From: Myxococcales bacterium
GTDB taxonomy: Bacteria > Myxococcota_A > UBA9042 > JABWCM01 > BTVJ01
Assembly (NCBI GenBank): GCA_045863395.1
Contig: BTVJ01000006.1
Location: 32,001 to 96,000 of the forward strand
DNA length: 64,000 nucleotides
Direction of reading: 5' to 3'
Shown here: in pieces, positions 1 through 11,165 of the stretch
Numbering within the stretch: position 1 is the first letter of the stretch
Layout of the letters: each line of letters begins with the position of its first letter
Notes under the pieces: generated by a model
Databases searched by the model: none
What the model was told of the DNA's origin: nothing
The model's input: the letters and a program-made list of their open reading frames with translations, nothing else
Program-made: the position numbers and the translations under genes

Positions 1-651
1 GTGGACGTGGCCGTGGACGACGCGGGCGCCCCGCTGGGAGTGCGCGCGGTTCATGGCGGCCTGCACCCCGGGGACCTGGTCGTGGAGGAGACCACGGGCA
101 TCGATCTCGTGGCCGAGCAGCTCCGCCTCGCCTCCGGCCACCCCGTCGCACTCCCCACGGACGCCCGCGGCCACGGCGCCGCCGTCCAGTGCCGTATCCT
201 CGCCATCGACCCGCTCGACGGGGAGACGGCGGACCGTGGCGTCATCCGGGGCCTCACGCTGCCTTGTGGGGCTGGCGTCCGCGTGGAGCCGAAGGTCGCG
301 GTGGGCAGCGCGGTCGACCCGGCGGACCCGGTCATCGCGCGCATCGCCTGCAGGGGGCGCGACCGGGACGCCGCGCTCCGCCGCCTGGACACGGCGCTGG
401 CGACCACGTCCGTCGTGGGAGTCAGGACCAACGTGCCGCTGCTGCGCGCCGTGATCGGCGACGGCGAGCTGGATGCCGGTGGCCTGGACGACGCACTTCG
501 CCGCGCCGGCCAGCGCCTCGCGCAGCCCGATCATGAGACGGAAGTAGCCATCGCTGCCCTGATCGCGGCGCACTGGGTCAAGGCGCCATCGAAGCCCGTC
601 ACCAGCCGCTGGCACGCCCATGGGCGGGTCCTCGACATGGGCGGGGTCTGA
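1..651 (+). CDS. Biotin carboxylase-like subunit, C-terminal part (5' truncated by window edge; catalytic motif degenerate)
   Basis: TGIDLVAEQLRLASG, GAAVQCRILAIDP, GVRVE and GVRTNVPLL match the BC C-terminal domain; its stop overlaps the BCCP start (TGATG). Confidence 0.75.
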   Translation: MDVAVDDAGAPLGVRAVHGGLHPGDLVVEETTGIDLVAEQLRLASGHPVALPTDARGHGAAVQCRILAIDPLDGETADRGVIRGLTLPCGAGVRVEPKVAVGSAVDPADPVIARIACRGRDRDAALRRLDTALATTSVVGVRTNVPLLRAVIGDGELDAGGLDDALRRAGQRLAQPDHETEVAIAALIAAHWVKAPSKPVTSRWHAHGRVLDMGGV

Positions 652-1132
652 TGCCCCGCCCGACCACCTTGCGGGTCACGCTGGACGGCGAGCGCACCTA
701 CGACGTGGAGCTCCGGCAGGTGGACGGGCGCACCGTCGCGCGGGTCGATGGCCGCGACCTGGTCGTCGAGCTGCGGGAGGGGACGCTGGGTGGCCTCGTG
801 GACGGCCGCCCCGTGGAGCTTGCGGCTGGCGACGGCGCGGTGTTTCTCCCGGGCTGTCGCCCCCTGCGGCTGGAGGTCGCAGGTACGGCGCCCGTCCCTC
901 GCGTCGAGTCCCATCCGCCTGGCGCCTGTGAGGTCAAGAGCCCTATCACCGGCATCGTCGTGGCGGTCCTTGCGACGCCGGGCTCCCTGGTGGCGCAGGG
1001 CGAGCCGCTGCTGCTGGTCGAGGCGATGAAGATGGAGAACCGCATCCGCGCCCCCCGCGCCGGCCGGGTGGCGCACGTCGCAGTCGCCCAGGGAGACCTC
1101 GTGCGTGCAGGCCAGCCGGTGGCGGGCCTCGC

Positions 1133-1136
<4 letters not shown>
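651..1136 (+). CDS. Biotin carboxyl carrier protein
   Basis: Biotinylation motif EAMKMEN within a C-terminal biotinyl domain (VKSPITGIVV...GQPV). Confidence 0.92.
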
Positions 1137-2593
<1,457 letters not shown>

Positions 2594-2661
2594 CCCCCTG
2601 GACCGCACGGAGCCGAGCGGCTACAGTCCCCCGCTGGACTCACCTCTGCGAGGATGAAGGA

Positions 2662-3450
2662 ATGCGACTCGCCCTGGCTCTGCTGTTCGCCCTCACCGCC
2701 TGCGGGGACGACACCTCCGGCAACGCGATCATCGGCTGTCTGGACCCCTCCAGCGGGCGCTACGTGTCCTGCACGGGGGACACGCGGTGCGTGGACCCGG
2801 CCTCCGGTGTTCAGGTCCAGTGCCTGGCCCCCGGTGGCGACACGCCGTTCCAGAGCGGGGGCGACGGGGCCGGTGGCGCCGTGGACGCCGTCAGCGCCGA
2901 CGCAGGGGGCTCTCCAGACGCGGGTCCAGCAGGAGACACCGGGGGCGCGGTCGCGCCGGACCTCGGCGGGTCCCCCGGTGGCACCCTGACCTGCGAGCAG
3001 GTGTTCGCGTGCTTCGACGCGTGCGCCGGCGACGCGGCCTGCCAGAAGACCTGCACCGACGGCGGCACGCCCGCCGCCCTGGCGGGCTTCTCCCTGTTCA
3101 CGAGCTGCTCCAACACGAACGGCTGCGCGGCCGCCCTGTCCAGCGGCTTCACGGGCGGCTACATCTCCTGCGTCTATCGCTTCTGCCTCGGCGAGTACCA
3201 GGGCTGCTTCGGCGCGCTCATCGCGGGCACCCAGACCTGCTCCCAGATGGTCACCTGCATGAACGGCTGCCCGGAGGGCTCCGCGGTCTGCCTCAAGACC
3301 TGCGGCGAGGCGGGCACCCTGGACGCCCAGCTCCTGTACTTCGACATCCTGTCATGCGGCGAGAAGGCCTGCCCGGGCAAGGTGGGCCAGGCGTGGGCGG
3401 ACTGCGTGAACGCGAGCTGCACCGCCGAGCTGACCGCCTGCGGCAAGTAG
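2662..3450 (+). CDS. Cys-rich lipoprotein of unknown function
   Basis: Lipobox LTAC after MRLALALLFA; Gly/Asp/Ala linker; repeated TCxQxxxCxxxC...CxxxC units. Confidence 0.75.
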   Translation: MRLALALLFALTACGDDTSGNAIIGCLDPSSGRYVSCTGDTRCVDPASGVQVQCLAPGGDTPFQSGGDGAGGAVDAVSADAGGSPDAGPAGDTGGAVAPDLGGSPGGTLTCEQVFACFDACAGDAACQKTCTDGGTPAALAGFSLFTSCSNTNGCAAALSSGFTGGYISCVYRFCLGEYQGCFGALIAGTQTCSQMVTCMNGCPEGSAVCLKTCGEAGTLDAQLLYFDILSCGEKACPGKVGQAWADCVNASCTAELTACGK

Positions 3451-3451
3451 C

Positions 3452-5137
3452 TCACCCCGCGAGGATCACCACGACCGTCAGCGTGGACCCGGCCGGCGCG
3501 TCCATGTCCAGGTGGACGCCGACGCCCACCCGGTGGTAGCCCTCGGCGCCGGCCTGCGGCGGGACCGCCACGTCGTCCACCTCGGAGACCTGGTGGACCC
3601 AGGCGTAGGCGCCGCGGCTGGTGAGCTTCGCCCTGTCGGCTCGCTCCAGCGCCGAGTGAACGTCGGGGCGGGCGCTCCTGGCCTCGGCGTCGGCCACGAG
3701 CTGCACCCGCGGGTCCTCCTGGAGCGGGGCCAGCCCCGCCGCCTCTCGTACCTGGTCGATGCGGTCGAGGATCCGCTCCCGAGCGGCGTTCACGTCCACC
3801 GCGACGACGGGCCGCGCGAAGACCTGGGTCACGTACCACGTGCGGCGGCCGTCCTCTGCGCTCGGCACCGCGGCGACGCCCACGTGGGTGTTGTGCGTCG
3901 ACAGGATGTTCTTCCTGTGGCCCAGCGAGCGCATCAGCCCGACCTCCGCGGCCCAGAGGCTGGTGTTGCGGGCGACGTTCTCCGCGAAGCCGAGCGCCTT
4001 GTAGCCCGCGTCCTCCAGGCGGTCGCCGACGCTCCCGGTGGTCGGCGAGACGTGGCCGAAGAAGCCGCTGCGCTCCATGTCGGCGCTGTGACCACGCGCC
4101 ACCTGGTCGAGCACCCGGTCCCGCTGGAGGGTCGGGAGCCCGAAGCGGGCGCGGTCCGCGTCGATGAGGGCGTAGACCAGCTCGGCGGCAGCCTCCGCCG
4201 TCTCCAGGTGCGACTCGTCGGGCGGGTAGCGGCCCGTCCACTGGGTCGGGGGCGCGCTCCCCACCGTCACGAGCACCTGCGCCAGGGGTGTCGGTCCCGT
4301 GGAGAGGGTCGCGAGCAGCTCGATCCACAGCTCGCCGGGCTCGTCACCCACCTCGACGGGCACCTCCACGCGCCGCGCGACCGCCTGCACCTCCAGGTCG
4401 CGGACCTCCAGGTCGGGGCCCATGATGAGGACGTGGGGCCTCGTCGCGTCCGGCGGCAGCTCGGCGCTGAAGGTCAGGGTCTGGCCAGGGCGGGCGCTGC
4501 GTGGCAGCGGGCGCATGCGGAGCTCGCTGCGGCTGACCAGCACGGCGATGGTCCGTGGCGGCACCGCGCCCAGCTCCCAGGCCTCGCCCACGCCCACGCG
4601 GATCGGGCGCCGGTCGTGGGGCTCGGACAGCACGAGCGCCTTCACCCGCTCGACGATGGCGGCGTCCCCCTCCGCAGACGTCGCCGTGAAGCTCTGGCGC
4701 ACCCCCCAGTCGGCCGCGCCGGCGGAGAGGAGCAGCCACTCCAGGGCCTCTCCGGGGATGAGGCCGTCCTCCACCGAGTAGAGGTGCGCCAGCTCCCGCG
4801 CCGCGTGCCCGAGCGCCGGGTCGTACTCCACCTCCAGGCCCTTGACCAGGGTGGCGTACTTGCGGTCGGCCTCCGTCCACTCGGGGCGTCCGTACCAGGC
4901 CGCGGGGGGCTCGATGAGCTCGAAGGAGAGGGTGGCGCCAGCCTCGGGGCTCCGCGCGCGCGCCGCAGTGTCGCCTCGGTCCGCGCGGCGGGCCTCCTCC
5001 GCCTCCCGGGCGAAGCGCCGGACCCGGCGCGGGCTCTCCGGTGCGTCCCCCTCGAGGGCGGGCCGCACCACGTCCCACAGCCGGACGGCGCCGACGGCGA
5101 GGGCGGCGAACACCAGCAGCGGGAGCAGGCGCTTCAC
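3452..5137 (-). CDS. CAP (SCP-like) domain secreted protein
   Basis: Signal peptide; INADR-like IDADRARFGLPTL, ARGHSADM, FFGHVSP, AENVA, MRSLGHRKNIL, HVGVAAV. Confidence 0.82.
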   Translation of the reverse strand: MKRLLPLLVFAALAVGAVRLWDVVRPALEGDAPESPRRVRRFAREAEEARRADRGDTAARARSPEAGATLSFELIEPPAAWYGRPEWTEADRKYATLVKGLEVEYDPALGHAARELAHLYSVEDGLIPGEALEWLLLSAGAADWGVRQSFTATSAEGDAAIVERVKALVLSEPHDRRPIRVGVGEAWELGAVPPRTIAVLVSRSELRMRPLPRSARPGQTLTFSAELPPDATRPHVLIMGPDLEVRDLEVQAVARRVEVPVEVGDEPGELWIELLATLSTGPTPLAQVLVTVGSAPPTQWTGRYPPDESHLETAEAAAELVYALIDADRARFGLPTLQRDRVLDQVARGHSADMERSGFFGHVSPTTGSVGDRLEDAGYKALGFAENVARNTSLWAAEVGLMRSLGHRKNILSTHNTHVGVAAVPSAEDGRRTWYVTQVFARPVVAVDVNAARERILDRIDQVREAAGLAPLQEDPRVQLVADAEARSARPDVHSALERADRAKLTSRGAYAWVHQVSEVDDVAVPPQAGAEGYHRVGVGVHLDMDAPAGSTLTVVVILAG

Positions 5138-5144
5138 ACCGACG

Positions 5145-6926
5145 TCAGGACTTCACGCGGATGTGCAGCTCGTCGAGCTGTCCCGTGTCCACGGTCGTCG
5201 GGCAGTCCAGCATCAGGTCCGTCGCCTTCTGTGTCTTGGGGAAGGCGATGACGTCGCGGATGCTCGGCGCGCCCGTCAGCAGCATGATCAGCCGGTCCAT
5301 GCCGATGGCGAGGCCCCCGTGGGGCGGGGTCCCGTAGCGCAGCGCCTGCATGAAGAAGCCGAACTTGTGCTCGGCGTCCTCCGGCGTCAGGCCCAGGATG
5401 CGGAACATGTCCGCCTGGGTGTCGGCGTCGTGGATACGGATGGACCCGCCTCCGAGCTCCGTGCCGTTGAGCACGACGTCATAGGCCTGCGCGCGCACCT
5501 TGGACGGGTCGGTCTTCATGGTGTCACGGTCCTCGGGGTGCGGGCTCGTGAAGGGGTGGTGCATGGCGTAGTACCGCCCCTCCTTGGCGTCGTACTCGTA
5601 GAGGGGGAAGTCCGTGACCCACAGGAAGGCATACTTGTCCGCGGGGCGGAGCCCGAGGCGGTCGCCCAGGTGGTTGCGGAGCGCCGCCATGGACGCGTTG
5701 CAGATGGCGTGGTCGTCGGCGACGAACATGGCGATGTCGCCCGGCTCGAGCTCCAGTGCCGCGGTGAGGGCGGCGCGCACGTCGTCGGAGAGGAACTTGA
5801 CGATGGAGCCCTGGTGGGTGCCGTCCGGGTTGACCTTGAAGTAGGCGACGCCCTTGGCCCCGTAGGGCTTGACCACTTCGGGCAGGCCGTCCAGCTCGGA
5901 GCGGGACATGAGCGCCCCGCAGCCCTTGGCGTTGATGCCCTTGACCAGGCCGCCCCGCTCGACGGTCTGGACGAAGACCTTCATGTCGGAGCCCGCCATG
6001 ATGGCGCTCACGTCCCGGAGCTCCATGCCGAAGCGCAGGTCGGGCTTGTCGATGCCGTAGCGGTCCATGACCTCGCCATAGGTCATGCGCTGGAACGGCG
6101 TCGGCACCTCAACGCCCAGGACCTCGCGCCAGATGCGCGCGAGCAGCCCCTCGATGGTCGCGTACACGTCGTCCGGCGCGACGAAGCTCATCTCCACGTC
6201 GATCTGGGTGAACTCGGGCTGCCGGTCGGCGCGCAGGTCCTCGTCGCGGAAGCAGCGGCAGATCTGGTAGTAGCGGTCGTAGCCCGCGATCATGAAGAGC
6301 TGCTTGAAGGTCTGCGGCGACTGGGGGAGCGCGTAGAAGTGGCCCGCGTGGACGCGCGACGGCACCAGGTAGTCGCGCGCCCCCTCCGGGGTGCTCTTCA
6401 TCAGGATCGGGGTCTCGAGCTCCAGGAAGGCGTTGTCTGCGAAGTAGTTGCGGGTGATGTTGTTCACCTGCGACCGCAGGATGAAGTTGCGCTGGAGCGG
6501 CCGGCGCCGCAGGTCCAGGTAGCGGTAGGTCAGGCGCGTGTTCTCGTTGGTGTCCAGGTCGTCGCGGATCTCGAAGGGCGGCGTGTCCGCCTTGCTGAAG
6601 ATGGTCATCTCCAGGGCGCCCACCTCGATCTCGCCAGTGACCATGCGCGGGTTCACGTTGGTGCCCCGGTGGATCACCGTCCCACGCACCCCGAGCACGA
6701 ACTCGTTGCGGACCCGGTCTGCCAGCGCGTGCGCCTCGGCGCTGATCTCGGGGTCGAACTTGACCTGGGTGATGCCCCAGCGGTCCCGCAGGTCCACGAA
6801 GACGCACCCGCCATGGTCCCGATAGCTCTGGACCCAGCCCATGAGCACCACGTCGGCCCCAGCGTCCGTGCCGCGGAGCGCCCCGCAGTTGTGAGTTCGC
6901 TTCCAGTCGTAGAGGAACCGTGCCAC
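5145..6926 (-). CDS. aspS: Aspartate--tRNA ligase (possibly non-discriminating)
   Basis: [52 protein letters not shown]-like GTPPHGG, VIAFPKT; GTG start chosen at 6926. Confidence 0.97.
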   Translation of the reverse strand: MARFLYDWKRTHNCGALRGTDAGADVVLMGWVQSYRDHGGCVFVDLRDRWGITQVKFDPEISAEAHALADRVRNEFVLGVRGTVIHRGTNVNPRMVTGEIEVGALEMTIFSKADTPPFEIRDDLDTNENTRLTYRYLDLRRRPLQRNFILRSQVNNITRNYFADNAFLELETPILMKSTPEGARDYLVPSRVHAGHFYALPQSPQTFKQLFMIAGYDRYYQICRCFRDEDLRADRQPEFTQIDVEMSFVAPDDVYATIEGLLARIWREVLGVEVPTPFQRMTYGEVMDRYGIDKPDLRFGMELRDVSAIMAGSDMKVFVQTVERGGLVKGINAKGCGALMSRSELDGLPEVVKPYGAKGVAYFKVNPDGTHQGSIVKFLSDDVRAALTAALELEPGDIAMFVADDHAICNASMAALRNHLGDRLGLRPADKYAFLWVTDFPLYEYDAKEGRYYAMHHPFTSPHPEDRDTMKTDPSKVRAQAYDVVLNGTELGGGSIRIHDADTQADMFRILGLTPEDAEHKFGFFMQALRYGTPPHGGLAIGMDRLIMLLTGAPSIRDVIAFPKTQKATDLMLDCPTTVDTGQLDELHIRVKS

Positions 6927-7024
6927 GTTCGTTCTCCCGCGTTCGTGGGGCCAGATTCCGGCCCCGAAGGAGGCGCATCCTAGCCTGCAATTTTCACTGC
7001 GTCGAGGGTCCGCGGAGAGTGTCT

Positions 7025-7888
7025 CTAGAAGTCGGCGCCGATGTGGAGCGTGTAGGTCTGGAGGCCGTCGGTGATCGCGATCTCGGTGCCCACGCTCACG
7101 TAGGTGACGATGAGCTGGAAGCCAATGACGGCGCGGTGGACCACCTCGGAGACGTCCTCGAAGATGTCCACCTTGGAGCACAGGGACCGGTCGTCGCCCG
7201 CCGCGCAGTTGTCCACGAAGAAGGCGATGGGGTGGCTGTTGGCGTAGACGTAGACCAGGTTGTAGCCGGCGTAGGGGGCGAGGTGCACGACCCCGCCGAT
7301 GCCGAAGTCCTTGCTGATGATGAAGTCGCCGCCCGCGGTCAGGAGGTTCAGGTCCTTCTGGCCGAGCACCGTGTGGATGTTGCCGCGGAAGGACAGGTCC
7401 GGCAGGTCCCGGTAGCCCTCCAGCGCTGCAAACTTCAGGTCGAGGCCCACGCCCCAGAGCTGGCTCTCGAAGAGGTGGGTCACGGTGCCGCCCACCTCCA
7501 GCGAGAAGGGGAGGCCCTTGCGGAAGTGGAGCTGCATGGTGTTCAGGGTGTTGCCCGGGTCGTCGACCGCCGCCTGCCAGTAGCCCGAGTCATCCTTGAT
7601 GTTCGTGAAGCTGGTCTCCAGCGCGATGTTGAAGCCCAGCGACCCGAGGGTGCTGGCGGGCCCGAAGTACTTGGGGGCCATGGCGACGCCAAGCTCCCGC
7701 ACCACGTTGTCGTAGGCGACCTGGTCCTTGACGACCGTGACCTTGGTGCCGGCTCGGGTCGCCTGCCCGAGGCGCGACAGGCGGAGGTCGTACTTTCCTT
7801 CGGCGCGCGCAGGGCCTGGCAGTGCGACCCCCGTCGCTACGACGGCCAGCAGGGCGACTCGGAGGGCGTAGGCTCGCATGAATCGCAT
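7025..7888 (-). CDS. Putative outer-membrane beta-barrel protein
   Basis: Signal peptide, alternating amphipathic strands, C-terminal Phe (HIGADF). Confidence 0.6.
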   Translation of the reverse strand: MRFMRAYALRVALLAVVATGVALPGPARAEGKYDLRLSRLGQATRAGTKVTVVKDQVAYDNVVRELGVAMAPKYFGPASTLGSLGFNIALETSFTNIKDDSGYWQAAVDDPGNTLNTMQLHFRKGLPFSLEVGGTVTHLFESQLWGVGLDLKFAALEGYRDLPDLSFRGNIHTVLGQKDLNLLTAGGDFIISKDFGIGGVVHLAPYAGYNLVYVYANSHPIAFFVDNCAAGDDRSLCSKVDIFEDVSEVVHRAVIGFQLIVTYVSVGTEIAITDGLQTYTLHIGADF

Positions 7889-7931
7889 GGTCCGTTCCGG
7901 CTCCGGTGGTGAGGGACGCGATGCGGGCGCG

Positions 7932-7961
7932 ATGGTAGCACCCCCCTCATCGCAGTGTCAA
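7932..7961 (-). promoter_or_regulatory. Sigma70-like promoter for the 7888 gene
   Basis: Minus strand TTGACA (7961-7956), 18-nt spacer, TACCAT (7937-7932). Confidence 0.5.
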
Positions 7962-7991
7962 GAAAAGGGACAGGTCAAGAGCCCTGTGAAT

Positions 7992-8576
7992 TCAGTGGGT
8001 TGTGTCTGTGTCGGGTGTGCTGGGGCGCTTCGGCGGGAGCCCCAGGTGCGCCTCGATGGCGTCCAGGCGGGCCCGCAGCTCGGCCAGCTCTTCCTCGGTA
8101 CGCCGCAGGTGCGGCAGCGCCGTGACCAGGAGCCGCACCCGGTCATCGAGGCGCCGCTGCACGTCCTCGATGGCCACCTGTGTCGTGTCCACCCACTCGC
8201 GGATGGCCGCCATCACCTCCTCGACGCCGTCCTTCTCTCGCCGGATGAGGCGGGTGACCGTGCGCTCCGCCTCCTCCTTGAGCGAGTGGATCGGCTCGGT
8301 GACCGTGCGCTGCAGGAACTCGCCGCCCGTCTGGATCACCTGCCGCAGCGCCGTCAGCGGGACGGCCCGCTTCATCTTCTTCTCTTCCTCGTAGATGATC
8401 TGGGCGAGGGTCAGCGCGGTCAGGTCGGCGTTGGTGTTGTTGTCCGTGACCTTGATGTTGACGCCGTCCTTGATCAGCGTCGCGATCTCTTCGAGGGTGA
8501 TGTACCGGCTCTCTTCGAGGTCGTAGAGCTTGCGGTTGGCGTAGCGCTTGATGTGTCGGAGGGGTTCGTCGCTCAT
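7992..8576 (-). CDS. PHA/PHB accumulation regulator family DNA-binding protein (PhaR-like N-terminus)
   Basis: IKRYANRKLYDLEESRYITL...LTALTLAQII; coiled-coil C-terminus. Confidence 0.85.
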   Translation of the reverse strand: MSDEPLRHIKRYANRKLYDLEESRYITLEEIATLIKDGVNIKVTDNNTNADLTALTLAQIIYEEEKKMKRAVPLTALRQVIQTGGEFLQRTVTEPIHSLKEEAERTVTRLIRREKDGVEEVMAAIREWVDTTQVAIEDVQRRLDDRVRLLVTALPHLRRTEEELAELRARLDAIEAHLGLPPKRPSTPDTDTTH

Positions 8577-8709
8577 CGGGCGTGGATTGTGCCACACTCC
8601 CCCCCATAGCCAAAGCCTTTTCGCGCCACGATCTGCCGCGACGGGCGCCTGTTGTGTCCGGGCGCGCGCCGTGGCATGGTGGCGCCGGACAACGAACCGA
8701 GGGCTGAGC

Positions 8710-9165
8710 ATGAGTATCGAGCAGGAGCTGACGCAGCGTCTCAAGGACGCCATGAGGTCCAAAGACCAGCGGGTGCTTGGGGTCGTCCGCATGATCAAGT
8801 CGAAGATCATCGAGGCACGCACCGCCAAGGGGTTCACCGGAGAGGTGGACGACGCGCTCTACCAGCAGGTGATCGCCGCCTACTCCAAGTCCATGCTCAA
8901 GGCCATCGAGGAGTACGAGGCCCAGGGCGAGCGGTCGAAAGAGATGGTCGAGCAGCTCCGCTTCGAGGTGGACTACCTGGCCGAGTTCCTGCCGCGAAAG
9001 CTGGACGAAGAGAAGACCCGCGAGCTGGTGCGCGCCAAGATCGAGCAGCTCGGAGTGCGGGACCCGAAGCGGGCCGGGCAGATCATGGGCGCGCTCATGA
9101 AGGAGCACAAGGACGCCTTGGACTCGGCGCTGACCAAGCGGGTCGTGGAGGAGGAGCTGCGGTAG
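8710..9165 (+). CDS. GatB/YqeY domain protein
   Basis: LKDAMRSKD...LAEFLPRKLDEE...GQIMGALMK. Confidence 0.85.
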   Translation: MSIEQELTQRLKDAMRSKDQRVLGVVRMIKSKIIEARTAKGFTGEVDDALYQQVIAAYSKSMLKAIEEYEAQGERSKEMVEQLRFEVDYLAEFLPRKLDEEKTRELVRAKIEQLGVRDPKRAGQIMGALMKEHKDALDSALTKRVVEEELR

Positions 9166-9175
9166 CGCAGCGGGG

Positions 9176-9233
9176 CAAGCCTGCTCAATTCTCATTGATT
9201 GGCGCGCCAAAATATGAGAACTGAGTAGGCTTG
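9176..9233. repeat. 58-bp near-perfect palindrome between convergent genes
   Basis: Symmetric about 9204/9205; 24 of 29 positions pair (CAAGCCTGCTCAATTCTCAT...TTGGCGCGCCAA...ATGAGAACTGAGTAGGCTTG). Confidence 0.85.
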
Positions 9234-9252
9234 ACCCCCGTCTCGGATCCGC

Positions 9253-10557
9253 TCAGTCCCGAACGCGAAGCTCTGCGTATGGGCCCGCCTGCTCCGCCCA
9301 GGTCGCGGCGCTGCGCCCTGCGGCGACGTGCGCGGCGGCTGCTCCGGCCATCGCCAGGCAGTGATCGATGTTGCAGTGCAGGAAGAGGCCCTGGCGCCCC
9401 ACGGGGACCGTGCGCCCGTCCGCGGTCGCCGCGGTCAGCGCCGCTCGCCACTGCGCCTGCCAGCCGCGCTCGTAGATGGGGTAGACACCCGGGAGCCAGA
9501 GCTGGTGGGCCGCGACCGGGCCAGGCACGCTCCGCCCGAGGATCCCCGCCGCCCGGAGCTGCTCGACCAGCACCGGCGCCTGCGAGACGAAGTCCCGGCC
9601 GCGGCCCCACGCGCCCTCCGGGATCTCCAGGCAGAGCACAGACTCCCGCCGGTTGTGCATGGAGTCCGAGTAGTTGGAGGCCTCGCTCACCCGCCCGAAC
9701 CAGTAGGCGCGCTCGGGGACGTAGAAGGTCTCCACGTCCGACAGGCGCGGCACGGGGAAGGCGAGGAACACCAGGTAGAGGCCGCGGTGGCGCAGCCCAT
9801 GGCCGGGAGCGAGCTGGGCGAGGGGCGCCGTCCAGACCACGCGGTCGGCGTCCGTGTCCCGTGAGGCGCGGCGACCGGTGTGCACGCGGACGCCGGCATC
9901 GCGCGCCATGCGGTCCAGCCCCGCGAGCAGCGCAGCCATGCCGCCGCGCGGGTAGGCGTACCGCTCGCCGCGGAGCCCGCGGGCGAGCATCGCCGCCGGC
10001 TGCGCCGTGGACACGCGCTTCTTGGCCACGGAGCGGGACAGGGCCGCCGGGTGGATGCCCCAGACCTTCTCTGCGTAGGGGCGGTAGAAGGCGTCGTAGG
10101 CCGCGTCGCCCACCCGGGAGCGCACGAAGGCGTCGTAGCCCTCGTCGTGGTCGCTCCTGCGGCGGTCCCGCTCCCAGGTCGCCAGCGGCGTGCGCCCGAG
10201 CCAGCCGGCGGCGAAGGAGGCGGCTCGCGCGAGCCCGAGGCCCCGCAGGAGGCCGATGGGCGACAGTGGATAGGGCAGGTGTCGCCCACCGAGCACGATG
10301 CGACCGCGCCGCGGGCGGCTCTCGAACGGCACCACGCGAGCCAGCTCACGGAGCAGGGGCTCCCCGAGCGCCTCCGGGTGGAGGCGGTGGGACCCGAGGT
10401 CGCACCCTACGCCGCGGAACGGCGCAGGGCGCACCATCCCGCCGGTCGCTTCCGCGACCTCGTGCACCTCCACCTGGAAGCCCGCGCGGCGCAGGTGCAG
10501 CGCGGCGGCGAGTCCGGTCACGCCGCCGCCGGCCACCACCGCGCGGCGGGCCCTCAC
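9253..10557 (-). CDS. FAD-dependent oxidoreductase (UDP-galactopyranose mutase/HemY-like superfamily)
   Basis: VVAGGGVTGL dinucleotide motif, GGMVR, DLGSHRLH, YAEKVWG, YPRGG, YPIY, VGRQGLF...DH; GTGA overlap with upstream gene. Confidence 0.8.
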   Translation of the reverse strand: MRARRAVVAGGGVTGLAAALHLRRAGFQVEVHEVAEATGGMVRPAPFRGVGCDLGSHRLHPEALGEPLLRELARVVPFESRPRRGRIVLGGRHLPYPLSPIGLLRGLGLARAASFAAGWLGRTPLATWERDRRRSDHDEGYDAFVRSRVGDAAYDAFYRPYAEKVWGIHPAALSRSVAKKRVSTAQPAAMLARGLRGERYAYPRGGMAALLAGLDRMARDAGVRVHTGRRASRDTDADRVVWTAPLAQLAPGHGLRHRGLYLVFLAFPVPRLSDVETFYVPERAYWFGRVSEASNYSDSMHNRRESVLCLEIPEGAWGRGRDFVSQAPVLVEQLRAAGILGRSVPGPVAAHQLWLPGVYPIYERGWQAQWRAALTAATADGRTVPVGRQGLFLHCNIDHCLAMAGAAAAHVAAGRSAATWAEQAGPYAELRVRD

Positions 10558-11165
10558 GGCGCCCGTCGCACGAGCCACAGGGCGCCCAGGGTCCAGAGGA
10601 TCATGGCGCTCCAGGACAGCCCCATGGCTGCGCCGGTCACGGGCATGAGCCACAGCCACCCGCCGGTCTTCCAGATGATCACAGGGGCAAGCACGTGCAC
10701 CAGCGAGGACAGGCCTGCGACGACGATGACCGATCCGGCGACCGCCGCGTGAAGCCCGCAGAGCATGAAGAGGTGGGCGAGGATCAAGAACACCACGCTC
10801 ACCGAGAACAGGTGCTGGTGGAACACATCCAGCACCCACGGGCGCTTCAGGTCCTCCGGTGGCGCCAGCGCTGGCGCCGCCTCCGTGGGCTCGGGCTCCA
10901 GGTCGAGGGCGGGGCCGCCCAGCCCGCCCTCAAGCTCGGCGCCCACACTGGGACCGACCGGTCCTCCCACGGGCCGGTTGACGTACCGCTCCTCGACGCT
11001 GGGCTCCCCCGTCGGGCCGGACAGCTCGGGTCCGATGCGGTCCGCGTAGATCACCCACGAGGACCAGACCCCGACGGCGATGAACACCAGGAACAGGGTG
11101 TAGACGAGCTTCGCGGGGACCGGGAGGTTGGCGGCCTGGTAGCCCTTGCGGACGAACAGCTTCAC
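10554..11165 (-). CDS. Uncharacterised membrane protein with His residues in TM helices
   Basis: About 4 TM segments; FHQHLFSVSVVFLILAHLF and SLVHVLAP; overlaps both neighbours by 4 nt. Confidence 0.7.
   Translation of the reverse strand: MKLFVRKGYQAANLPVPAKLVYTLFLVFIAVGVWSSWVIYADRIGPELSGPTGEPSVEERYVNRPVGGPVGPSVGAELEGGLGGPALDLEPEPTEAAPALAPPEDLKRPWVLDVFHQHLFSVSVVFLILAHLFMLCGLHAAVAGSVIVVAGLSSLVHVLAPVIIWKTGGWLWLMPVTGAAMGLSWSAMILWTLGALWLVRRAP

Noticed and set aside
9253..10557. Calling this protoporphyrinogen oxidase hemY
   Set aside because: C-terminal YPIY and GRQGLF..CNIDH motifs fit the mutase-like flavoprotein group better, and no haem biosynthesis genes are adjacent.
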